A model generated the notes under the pieces. The model was given only the letters and a program-made list of their open reading frames with translations, did no database searches and was not told the DNA's origin. A program made the position numbers and the translations under genes. 64,000 nt of DNA from Dehalococcoidia bacterium. GTDB taxonomy: Bacteria > Chloroflexota > Dehalococcoidia > Lucifugimonadales > CAYTFF01. Of the stretch, positions 50,949-60,044 are shown in pieces. Where the stretch lies: contig OZ252215.1 in NCBI GenBank assembly GCA_965249025.1, forward strand, positions 306,850 through 370,849, in the 5' to 3' direction. How positions within the stretch are numbered: the first letter of the stretch is position 1; every line of letters starts with the position of its first letter.

Positions 50949-50977
50949 AGTTTACCCTAAAGCTGTTTTTCTGTCAA
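50949..50977 (-). promoter_or_regulatory. sigma70 promoter of leader-sulfite reductase operon
   Basis: TTGACA-17nt-TAAACT. Confidence 0.75.
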
Positions 50978-51038
50978 TACGCCGCACTACCCGCAGGGAA
51001 ATCGCTTGGAGATCCTAAAGCAGTCCCTCTACCCCCTG

Positions 51039-51386
51039 CTATGAACGCTGTTCAGATGCTTCCTCCAAGAGCCGCTCCAGTAGGGGTTGAATCTCAGGCA
51101 GTCTCAAATCTAAACTTGCGATGGAGATGGCTCTATAAAGGACACCCGTACTTATGGTAGCTTGAACTGATTCGCCAAGGGGTGGCAAATGTACCCCTAG
51201 AGCCTCAGCGACAAATTGAGCAGCTATTTTGCCGGTCTTGCTAGGATAGCACTTAGTAAGGGTTTTTCCTTTATGAAGAAGAGTAACTCCTCCGATGCTG
51301 TGGCGCAATACTACAAGTACGCCCCTGGCAGGGCGGGAGAGTACCCTCTCCGCATATGGCCAGGCTCTTTTCCGACTGACAGACAT
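51039..51386 (-). CDS. Hypothetical protein
   Basis: 115-aa ORF with protein-like composition, fills intergenic space. Confidence 0.6.
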   Translation of the reverse strand: MSVSRKRAWPYAERVLSRPARGVLVVLRHSIGGVTLLHKGKTLTKCYPSKTGKIAAQFVAEALGVHLPPLGESVQATISTGVLYRAISIASLDLRLPEIQPLLERLLEEASEQRS

Positions 51387-51563
51387 ATTACTTTAGTAAA
51401 GTCCTACTTCGTGACTCAGAGAACAGCCTACTCAACTCAACAGGCTACTAGTAATCTTAAAGATGGACACTGCAATCAGTCAACACGTTTTTAGGTGCTA
51501 TCGCCCACATGTGGCGGTGTCACTGCGCTATAATGCGAAAGAAAAAGACGGGGGAGGTGTATC

Positions 51564-52310
51564 ATGTTGCTCGATAATCAGGTTGCAATAGTCACGGGAA
51601 CCGGTCCCAACATAGGTGGAGAGATAGCTCGCACCCTGGCGGCTAACGGCGCTAAGGTAGTCTGCCTTGATGTTAAGTCGGAAAGGGCCGAGGACATAGC
51701 TCAACAGATAATAGGCAAAGGGGGTCAAGCCACGGCTGTGGGCGCCGACATTTCTAAGCCTGAGGATGTTCAGAGGGTGGTGAAGACCGCCGTGGATGTC
51801 TTTGGCGGGGTGCACATCCTGGTCAATAACGCTGCTATAACCAATAGGGCTGGTCTGTTGGATACCACCATAGAAATCTGGTACCAGGTCCTGGACGTTA
51901 TCCTCACCGGCACGTTTCTCTGCAGTCGATATGCGGCGGAAAGGATGATTGCCCAGGGGAGTGGCGGTGCCATCGTGAATATCGCTTCTACGTCCGGACA
52001 CCGCGGCCTGAATGGTGCTCTGGCCTATTCGGCCGCAAAGGGCGGCGTTCTGAATATGACTCGATCCATGGCCATACAACTTGCGCCCCATAACATACGC
52101 GTCAACTCGGTGACTCCCACGGAAACGGGCACACCTGTGATAGGAGGACGTCCCAGAGAGGAGTCGGGTCCTCCGACGAACATTCCGCGGGGAAGATGGG
52201 GCAGGCCCTTTGACCAGGCCCAGGCTGTGCTGTTTCTGGCGTCCCCGAACGCCGACTTCATCACTGGCGCAGACCTCCCCGTTGATGGCGGGCTTATGGC
52301 CAAATTCTAG
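51564..52310 (+). CDS. SDR family oxidoreductase
   Basis: VTGTGPNIG, LVNNA, YSAAK, ITGADLPVDGG. Confidence 0.92.
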   Translation: MLLDNQVAIVTGTGPNIGGEIARTLAANGAKVVCLDVKSERAEDIAQQIIGKGGQATAVGADISKPEDVQRVVKTAVDVFGGVHILVNNAAITNRAGLLDTTIEIWYQVLDVILTGTFLCSRYAAERMIAQGSGGAIVNIASTSGHRGLNGALAYSAAKGGVLNMTRSMAIQLAPHNIRVNSVTPTETGTPVIGGRPREESGPPTNIPRGRWGRPFDQAQAVLFLASPNADFITGADLPVDGGLMAKF

Positions 52311-52331
52311 GGCGGATGAACGACATTGCGC

Positions 52332-52778
52332 TCAATCCTCAAACCCTTCGACTATAGGCTGAAGGACTGCAATCATCTTTGCGATTCTGCCTGCAATCGT
52401 CCCGGCGAAGGCTTCGTCCAGGGTTTCAAGGGGAACGCTCTGGTGCAATCGAGTCCACGACTTTGTCCATTGCTCCGGCTCAACCTCCAACCCCAGGCCG
52501 GCCTGTATCTCCACGAAGTATTCGCTCAGCCTTTCCAGGTATCTGGCGTTGGTCTCAGGATCGGCCTCAAAGTGCAGACCTAGCTCTACGCGCCCGGTGC
52601 GACGCTGCACCCAGACCTCGTAGTGAATGGCAGGCCTGCCGTAGTGGAACTTGATGAGGCTGAAGGCAGGCCCAACCGTCTTGAAGCCCTTTAGGTCTTC
52701 CGGCAGTTCATTCCGCACGAGAGGCGGCAGAAGGCTCAGGAAGTCTCGTATGCGCATTCCTCGCTTTGGAGAACTCAA
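52332..52778 (-). CDS. Hypothetical protein
   Basis: 148 aa, overlaps CoA-transferase stop; HYEVW..ELGLHFEAD..EQW..SWTRL. Confidence 0.7.
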   Translation of the reverse strand: MSSPKRGMRIRDFLSLLPPLVRNELPEDLKGFKTVGPAFSLIKFHYGRPAIHYEVWVQRRTGRVELGLHFEADPETNARYLERLSEYFVEIQAGLGLEVEPEQWTKSWTRLHQSVPLETLDEAFAGTIAGRIAKMIAVLQPIVEGFED

Positions 52779-53929
52779 AACACGACTCCCCTTGATCGCA
52801 GGTCTGCTATCTCTGTCGGCGACCTGCCCATCTCGGACAGTATCTCATCGGTGTGCTGGCCGAGCCTGGGCGCCGGGCCCCAAATCTTCCCTGGCGTTGC
52901 CGACATCTTTATGGGCAGGCCAAGCTGTTTGATGGGCCCTATCGCCGGCGATATGCTGTCGACGCTGAGGCCGTTATGCAGGGCTTGGGGCTCGCTGTGC
53001 ATGTCCCGACTGCTGACTGCGGGGGCGCACTTGACTCCGACTGCTTCCAGCTTGGCCAGCCACTCCGAGAGCCTAGCCCTTTGGAAGGCTTGTCCCAAAA
53101 TCTCTATCAACTCCTGGCTTGCCTCGCTCCGCTTTTCTTGGGTGTCGTAGGTCTGTGAGAGGTCTGGCCTGTTCAGCAGTATGCAGAGATTAGACCAGGA
53201 CTCGTCATCGTCGCAGGATATAAAGAGCCAACCGTCCTGCACATGATAGATCCTGTAGGCAGGCCCCATGCCTTTGGAGTCGTTAAGGAGGCCGCGAGGC
53301 TTGCCTGGATAGGAGAAGAATTCGGCAGCTTGAAAGGCCAGGACGGAGTTTACCAGGGGCACCTCTACGCGCTGGCCTTCTCCCGTCTTCTTCCGGTGAT
53401 ACAGTGCCAGGACTATTCCGTTGGCGGCGAGGATGGCGGCGGCGTAGTCGGATATGGGGACACGGAGAAATACGGGGTGAGGCTCCGTATTGCCCTGGAT
53501 CGCCATAGGGCCGCTCTGGGCCTGCATCAGTGGGTCGAAGGCGGGTCTATCGCTGTAGGGGCCGCTGCTTCCGTAGCCTGTGATGGTGGAGTAGACTATC
53601 TTCGGGTTAATTTCCCTTACGGCATCGTAGTCAACGCCCAGCTTGGTGGACACTCCTGGTCGGAAGTTTTCCGCCAAGACGTCGCTGGCCCTGATCATGT
53701 CGTTGAGGATGGCCTTGCCATCGCTGGTGTTGAGATCCAGGGAGATGGCGCGCTTTCCGCGGTTCCATCCATCGAAGGACCCCGCCTGGACTCGAAAGCC
53801 GTCGCCAGTTGGGGACTCTACCTTGACCACCTCCGCTCCTATGTCTGCCAGTAGGAAGGTGGTATAGGCGCCGGCGATATATGATGTCATGTCCACTACC
53901 TTGACGCCCTGGAGGGGATGCTGAATCAT
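52775..53929 (-). CDS. Family III CoA-transferase (CaiB/BaiF)
   Basis: PLQGVKVVD, NRGKR, ENFRPG, ISDY catalytic Asp, APRLGQHT. Confidence 0.92.
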   Translation of the reverse strand: MIQHPLQGVKVVDMTSYIAGAYTTFLLADIGAEVVKVESPTGDGFRVQAGSFDGWNRGKRAISLDLNTSDGKAILNDMIRASDVLAENFRPGVSTKLGVDYDAVREINPKIVYSTITGYGSSGPYSDRPAFDPLMQAQSGPMAIQGNTEPHPVFLRVPISDYAAAILAANGIVLALYHRKKTGEGQRVEVPLVNSVLAFQAAEFFSYPGKPRGLLNDSKGMGPAYRIYHVQDGWLFISCDDDESWSNLCILLNRPDLSQTYDTQEKRSEASQELIEILGQAFQRARLSEWLAKLEAVGVKCAPAVSSRDMHSEPQALHNGLSVDSISPAIGPIKQLGLPIKMSATPGKIWGPAPRLGQHTDEILSEMGRSPTEIADLRSRGVVF

Positions 53930-55095
53930 GTCTTGACGACCCCTGACGATTCCATTTCGGCTATCTGGCCGCCGGAGTATCCGATGTCCAGCAGAATTTC
54001 TTTGGTGTGTTGTCCTTCTTGAGGCGCAGGCCCATGCACATCCCCCGGCGTCTTGCTCATGGTGACGAATACGCCAGGCTGTTTGGTGGCACCCAGAACT
54101 GGGTCATCGACATCGACCAGTATGCCGTTGTGGACAACCTGTGGATGACTGTAATACTCCTCCCTGCTTCGAACCGGAGCCGTCGGGATGCCGTAGCTGC
54201 CCAGCAGGTCGAGCCAGTAAGACAGGGTGTTCTCTCTGAATATCGGTTCCATAATAGAAGTCATGGCTTTATGATGTTCCAGGGGTATCCCCCAGGGGGC
54301 GTCTAGAAACCTTTCGTCGGCGGTTAGATATTCCATCTCCAGGGCTATACACAGCTTGTTCCAGAAGACACTGTTGCCACAGGCTAGAAAGAGCCAGCCG
54401 TCCTGGCACTGATAAAGCCGATAGACAGGGTTCGACCCAAGCTGGTTGCGCTGGCGTTTGAAGTCTGTCAGGGCCTCGGTGCCTGAGATGAGGAGATGTG
54501 CCTCAACAGCCAGGGTGCCGCTGTACCAGGGTAGCTCTATCTTCTGGCCCTTGCCTGTCGTCTCCCTGGCAAATAGGGCGGTCGATATGGCGTATGAGGC
54601 CATCATGGCTGTGGCGTAGTGGGAGATGGGCAAATGTATGAACACTGGTTCAGAGTCCGGGCCTCCCTGGTCACCGTAAACGCCGGCGTAGGCGTCCACG
54701 ATGCCGCTGTCGGCAGGCTTGCTCGACAGCGGCCCGGAGTCCCCAAAAGGAGGCAGCGCGCAGTATATGAGTCGAGGGTTGAGTTGGCTTAGGCCAGCGT
54801 ACTCCAGGTTCTGCTCTCTGACCTCCTGGGGAAGGAACGTCTCCACCAGGACATCGGCCTTTTCTATCAACTTCTCCAATACCTTCTGGCCCTGGGTGTG
54901 CCGATAGTCTAACGCCAAGCTCTTCTTCCCACGATTCCACAGATGAAAGGCGGGGCTAGAACGCTCCGCTGACCCGTTCGGAGACTCCACTTTGATAACA
55001 CTTGCTCCCATGTCCCCTAGAATCATGCAGGCGTAGGAGCCAGGGACGTCTCTCGATAGGTCTAGTATGGTGATGCCTTTTAGTGGACCGGACAT
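53926..55095 (-). CDS. Family III CoA-transferase paralog (catalytic Asp replaced)
   Basis: PLKGITILD, NRGKKS, ISHY at Asp position, APQEGQHT. Confidence 0.88.
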   Translation of the reverse strand: MSGPLKGITILDLSRDVPGSYACMILGDMGASVIKVESPNGSAERSSPAFHLWNRGKKSLALDYRHTQGQKVLEKLIEKADVLVETFLPQEVREQNLEYAGLSQLNPRLIYCALPPFGDSGPLSSKPADSGIVDAYAGVYGDQGGPDSEPVFIHLPISHYATAMMASYAISTALFARETTGKGQKIELPWYSGTLAVEAHLLISGTEALTDFKRQRNQLGSNPVYRLYQCQDGWLFLACGNSVFWNKLCIALEMEYLTADERFLDAPWGIPLEHHKAMTSIMEPIFRENTLSYWLDLLGSYGIPTAPVRSREEYYSHPQVVHNGILVDVDDPVLGATKQPGVFVTMSKTPGDVHGPAPQEGQHTKEILLDIGYSGGQIAEMESSGVVKT

Positions 55096-55120
55096 TGCTC
55101 TCACTATCTTTGGTTAGCTC

Positions 55121-55284
55121 TGCTTTGCACATAAAGTCTTGTTTTTGCTAATTATAGGAACAACAGACCTCGATTATCCCACCCTCTCCACCCTCGGTTC
55201 GTATCTGGGGGGCACCCCCAGACCCCCGAACGGAAACCTGGGTTTCCATCGCATTCCTGAGATTTCGCTTTTTTGTGCAAAGCC
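55121..55284. mobile_element. MITE with perfect 9-bp target duplication
   Basis: TGCTTTGCAC..GTGCAAAGCC flanked by GGTTAGCTC at 55112-55120 and 55285-55293. Confidence 0.88.
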
Positions 55285-55461
55285 GGTTAGCTCCTTCAAG
55301 AGTCGGTGCGCTGCTATCTACTCATCCAGGTGGCGTCTCAAAGTGGATCGGGCGCGAATGTTGACCCTTAGGCTTAGCCCTTTGGTATGTTAGCCATATT
55401 TACACGAAGTTTCAAAAAGGATACTATACATCAGGCTAACAGACAAAATAAGGAGGACTGA

Positions 55462-56124
55462 ATGATAGGTTTCATCGGAGGCACCGGACCAGAAGGACGA
55501 GGCTTAGCCCTGCGCTTTGCCATGGCGGGTAGGGATGTCTTCATAGGTTCTCGTAATGAGGAGCGTGGTCAGAGCATTGCGCAGGAGTTGGGACAGATAG
55601 TTCCGTCGGTGGCTTCCAAAATTCATGGAGGCGACAACCAGCAGGCGTGCGAGAAGGGTGATCTGGTTCTCATAACCACACCCTTCGAGGGTCAGAAAGA
55701 TACCCTGGAAGCCCTTACTAACGAACTGAAGGGCAAGATAGTGGTGAACGTTATTGCTCCCCTCAAATTCGAAAAGGGCAAGGGTGCAATGGCCATGGAC
55801 GTCCCTGAGGGATCGGCCGCAGAACAGGCCCAGAGTATCTTGAAGGACTCCATTGTTGTCGGTGCCTTCCAGAACGCCTCCGCCGAAGAGTTGCTGGAAC
55901 CTGAAAAGTCCGCCGACTGCGACGTGCTAGTGTGCGCTGATGATAAAGAAGCCAAACAGACTGTGATGGAGTTGGTGGAAACCATAGAGGGCATGCGGGC
56001 CGTCAACGGCGGGAAGCTCTTCAACTCTAAGGTGGTGGAAAGTATCACGGCTCTTATCATTAACATCAACCGCATCTATAAGGCCCACGCTTCCATCAAA
56101 ATAACTGGAATAGAAACGCATTAG
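55462..56124 (+). CDS. npdG: NADPH-dependent F420 reductase
   Basis: IGFIGGTGPEGRGLALR, IGSR, EGSAAE, VESITALII.IN..YK. Confidence 0.9.
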   Translation: MIGFIGGTGPEGRGLALRFAMAGRDVFIGSRNEERGQSIAQELGQIVPSVASKIHGGDNQQACEKGDLVLITTPFEGQKDTLEALTNELKGKIVVNVIAPLKFEKGKGAMAMDVPEGSAAEQAQSILKDSIVVGAFQNASAEELLEPEKSADCDVLVCADDKEAKQTVMELVETIEGMRAVNGGKLFNSKVVESITALIININRIYKAHASIKITGIETH

Positions 56125-56169
56125 GCATTACCATATAAGTATATTCATGTTGCACAGGGGTACCACGAA

Positions 56170-56343
56170 GGATGAAAATGGAGTCGCCCCAGATGCCCTT
56201 CGACAAGCTCAGGACAGGCTTGTCGGCGGAGGGGTGTTGGGTGCAGAGGACTTTAACCGACTCCTCCTTCGGGGGACGGAGTCCCGCCTATGGCGGACGC
56301 AGTCCTCAGCATGACAACCCCAACCCCCACTGGCATTTTCATA
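56170..56343. repeat. Repeat mosaic bounded by ATGAAAATG/CATTTTCAT
   Basis: Contains CCCTTCGACAAGCTCAGG and the unit shared with 23030-23110. Confidence 0.7.
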
Positions 56344-56364
56344 CCAATGATGGCATAGAACCTG

Positions 56365-57591
56365 ATGCGTGAGGCGGTAGTGGTGTTTAGGAGAGCATAC
56401 TTTTCCATAGCAATATTTGCTATTGCTGTTTTAGCTCTGCTGACGCCTCCTCAGAACAGCATAACGGTTATAGCCACCTCCCAGGAGACTCGGTTCCCTG
56501 AGGAGGTGGTCTTTACTTTAGAGGCACAAAGCAGCTCTGAAATAGTTGAGGTAACCTTCTTCTACAGAGTTGCTGGCGCTAAGGTTTCCTCATACAGCTA
56601 TCTAGAGTTTGCCCAAGGTCACCATGTAATTGCGAAGACCACTGTCAAGACCAACGGAGGCTCATACATACCTCCTGGGGTAGACATCAGATACCACTAC
56701 CTAATCAGGGACACTGAGGGAAACGAGTTCGAGACCTCACCCCAGTTATACAAATACCGAGACCCCAGGTTCGAGTGGCATGAGCTGACGGACGGATTCC
56801 TTACCGTTCTTTGGCACGATTATTCAGAGGAGGCCGTTCGGGAGAGGGTGTCCGAAGTCAAGGCGCGTCTTGCGACTGTGGCCAGAGTATTCGGGTTGCA
56901 GGGTGATTTGCCCCAGGTAAGGGCTATTCTATATAGGAGCAGTTCTGGTGCGGCTCAGATATTCCCTTTGGTAAGTGAGACCGCTTCTCAACAGCACATC
57001 TATGGCGGCTTTGCCTTCGCCTAGTATGGTATGTTCCTTCTAGTGGGCCTGGACGTAAATGGAATGGTACACGAGTCGACTCACATTATGCTGGACGAGG
57101 CCATTACCTCTCCTCTGGTCAGGATGCCGGCCTGGCTTAACGAAGGTCTGGCCACCTACTTTGAGAGCGAGGCGCCAGTTCTCGATTCCATTCTAGCCCA
57201 GGCCGCCGCCAGCGATGACCTCCTGCGGCTTCCTCATATGAACAGTGTGCCAGGCAGGCCGCGGGACGTTCGCCTCTTCTACGCCCAGGCGAGGAGTTTC
57301 ATATCCTACCTGATGGACACCTATGGCGAAGACAATATGACCTTGCTCGTTAAGTCGCTGAATAATAGCAACGGTTTAGATAAGGCATTAAAGGATGTGT
57401 ACGGCCTAAGCTTGGACGAGCTGGAGACCAACTGGAAGGCCCACCTGGCAGGGGAACCACCGCCCGTTGTCCCAAGAGACTTTTCGTCTTTCACGCTTGT
57501 GGGAGCTCTGCTCTTGCTCGCCTTGCTATCTATTTTCACATGGGCATATCGCAGGGCTAGGGCGCGTAGTCGCACGCAGCGATTCAGGTAG
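56365..57591 (+). pseudogene. Peptidase MA-like zinc metalloprotease interrupted by in-frame TAG (57022-57024)
   Basis: Two track ORFs in same frame; HESTH and PAWLNEGLA motifs lie after the TAG; N- and C-terminal TM segments. Confidence 0.75.
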
Positions 57592-57621
57592 TATCTACTA
57601 GCGAAAAAGGACGTTATAATC

Positions 57622-57686
57622 AACCGCTCGTGGTGAGCCTGTCGAACCATGAGCGGGTTCCCCTTCGACAAGCTCAGGGTGAGCGC
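57622..57686. repeat. REP-like palindrome
   Basis: CCGCTCGTGGTGAGCCTGTCGAACCATGAGCGG..CCCTTCGACAAGCTCAGGGTGAGCG. Confidence 0.75.
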
Positions 57687-57775
57687 AGTTGAGGCCGGCC
57701 TTATGTACGCTGATTTACGAAACTAAGTGGTAGTGTGTTAGAATAACCTCAATCACCACCTGTGCGGAACAAGTC

Positions 57776-58722
57776 ATGGCTACCACGGCCACCCAACCAA
57801 AGAACCTGAATATCCATAGCGTCAAGCAGGGAGACCTCACCTGGATAGACATCCCTGCCCCTTCTATTGCGGAGATGAAATGGCTAGAGGAGCGGTACCC
57901 ATTCCACTCCTTAGATTTGGACGACTGCCTTAGCCGGGTTCAGCTTCCTAAGCTAGATGAGTACGATACCTATCTGTTTCTGGTGCTCCGCTTTCCCATA
58001 TTCAGCAAGCAGTCACGTATCACCCTACCTGCGGAAGTAGATATCTTCGTGGGCATCGACTATGTGGTTACGGTGCATACTGGGGTACTGAAGCCACTAG
58101 TGAAGCTCTTCCACGACTGTCAACAAAGCGACGTGGTGCGCCAGGATGTCCTTGGCAGAAGCTCTGGATATCTCCTTTATAGGATTCTCGATACCCTGGT
58201 GGACTACTGCTTCCCCATCCTTCGTAAGGTTATTCAGAATGTGGACCAGATAGAAGAGAGGATATTCGAAGAGCGGGAGCGTGAGATGGTTAAGGAGATC
58301 TCCGTAATCCGTCGAGACATCATTTCATACCGTCGTATAGTGCGTCCTCAGAGGGAGGTGCTGGAACTGCTGGAGGAAAAAGAGTACCCTTTCCTCAAGG
58401 TGGACCCGGATGTGTATTTTGGTGATCTGGCCGACCACATGAGGCGCATCCTGGTGGAGCTAAAGGATGTCAGAGAGGTGATGGCCAGTCTGGCAGATGC
58501 CTTCAACTCCTTCGCCGCTCACCACACCAATGAAGTGGTTCGAGTCCTCACTATAATTGCGACTATAATGCTGCCTCTCTCCGTCGTTTCGGGCCTGTAC
58601 GGCATGAACGTCAGGTTGCCCCTCTTGCAAACAGCGGCTACGCCTTTGGAGGAGTCCTTGGGGCTATGGCCCTGATAGCTGTCGTGATGCTCATCTTCTT
58701 CCGAATACGCCGCTGGATATAA
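57776..58722 (+). pseudogene. corA: CorA magnesium transporter with frameshift near 58622
   Basis: FHSLDLDD, PKLDEYD, GLYGMN; last TM helix ending FRIRRWI is in a different frame. Confidence 0.8.
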
Positions 58723-58739
58723 TCGCCGATTCGCATGTT

Positions 58740-59555
58740 ATGGAAATTCGTATCCTTGGCGCTCACAACCTGGAGACCAGAGGCACCCGACTCGCATCCC
58801 TCCTTATAGATGGCGTCCTTGCGCTGGATGCGGGGGGCCTGTCCTCTGGGCTGACCTTGGCTGAGCAAGGAGGAGTGCGCAGCATACTTCTGACCCATCG
58901 CCACTTCGACCACGTTCGAGACCTGCTTACTTTGGGCCTGGCCACCAGAGACTCCGACACTACTGTAGACGTATATGGCATTGAGGATACTGTCCATCAC
59001 GTTCGTTCCTATCTGATTAACGGAAAGCTGTATCCGGACTTCACTCAGGCGACTACCACTGGCTAGCCTAAGTACCGCCTCCATGTGATGGAACCATACC
59101 ATGAGGTATCGATTCTAGGCTACAGCGTGATCCCCGTGCCGGTTCCTCACGGGGCGCCCAGTGTGGGATACCAGGTGGCCGCTCAATCCAATCCTTCACT
59201 CACCCTTCTACAGGCTCAGGGCGAACGGACATTGAAGCGTCTCTTCTACACCGGCGACACGGGTAGGGGAGTGGCTCAGGCTTTGTCTGTAGCTCAGCCA
59301 GATCTGCTAATAGTGGAGGTAACCTTCAGCAACCAGTGGGAGGCCAAAGCAGTTGATTCAGGGCACTTAACCCCTCGGTTGCTGGCCCAGGAGTTGGCCC
59401 TGTTTTCCAAGGAGAAGGGCTACATGCCACGAGTAGTCACCGTACATATGCACCCCGCCATGGAAGACGAGATACGTCAAGAGTTGGCCCAGGTATCTAG
59501 CGAGCTGCAAGTTGACATAACCCTAGGCATAGAGGACATGACTGTTTCTCTCTGA
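58740..59555 (+). pseudogene. MBL-fold hydrolase (cyclic nucleotide phosphodiesterase/RNase Z-like) interrupted by in-frame TAG (59064-59066)
   Basis: THRHFDH, VPH, YTGDT, GHLTP, VHM motifs split over two in-frame ORFs. Confidence 0.78.
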
Positions 59556-59567
59556 GGAGTTGGGTGA

Positions 59568-60044
59568 ATGGAGCGTAAGTTCGTCATAGATGTAAACGTC
59601 GGTCGGTTGGCCAAGTGGCTGCGAGTCATGGGATATGATGCCCTATTTGATCGCGATGCCGATGATGACCTGCTGCTTCGTATTGCTTCAGAGGAAGATC
59701 GAATCCTTCTTACTAGGGACACCTATATCATGGAGCACAGAGTGGTGGCCTCCGGCGAAGTGAAGGCTTTTTTGCTGACCTCCGACTCTGTGTGGGAGCA
59801 GTTGAAGTGTATAGTCCAGTCCCTGGAGCTCAATGACGATAATCGCTTCTCTCGGTGTATCGAGTGCAACGTCCCTCTCCACGACGTGCGTAAGGAGGAT
59901 GTCAAGGACATGGTTCCTCCCTTCGTGTATGCTACTCAGGAGGAGTTCATGAGGTGCCATCGGTGCAGCAAGATATACTGGAAAGGCACCCATTGGCAAA
60001 ACATGCGTTACGAATTGAGTAAGGTGAACGGGGAGGAAGCGTGA
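59568..60044 (+). CDS. Mut7-C RNase (PIN) domain protein
   Basis: DVNVGRLAKWLRVMGYD, RILLTRD, RCIECN, CHRCSKIYWKGTH. Confidence 0.9.
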   Translation: MERKFVIDVNVGRLAKWLRVMGYDALFDRDADDDLLLRIASEEDRILLTRDTYIMEHRVVASGEVKAFLLTSDSVWEQLKCIVQSLELNDDNRFSRCIECNVPLHDVRKEDVKDMVPPFVYATQEEFMRCHRCSKIYWKGTHWQNMRYELSKVNGEEA

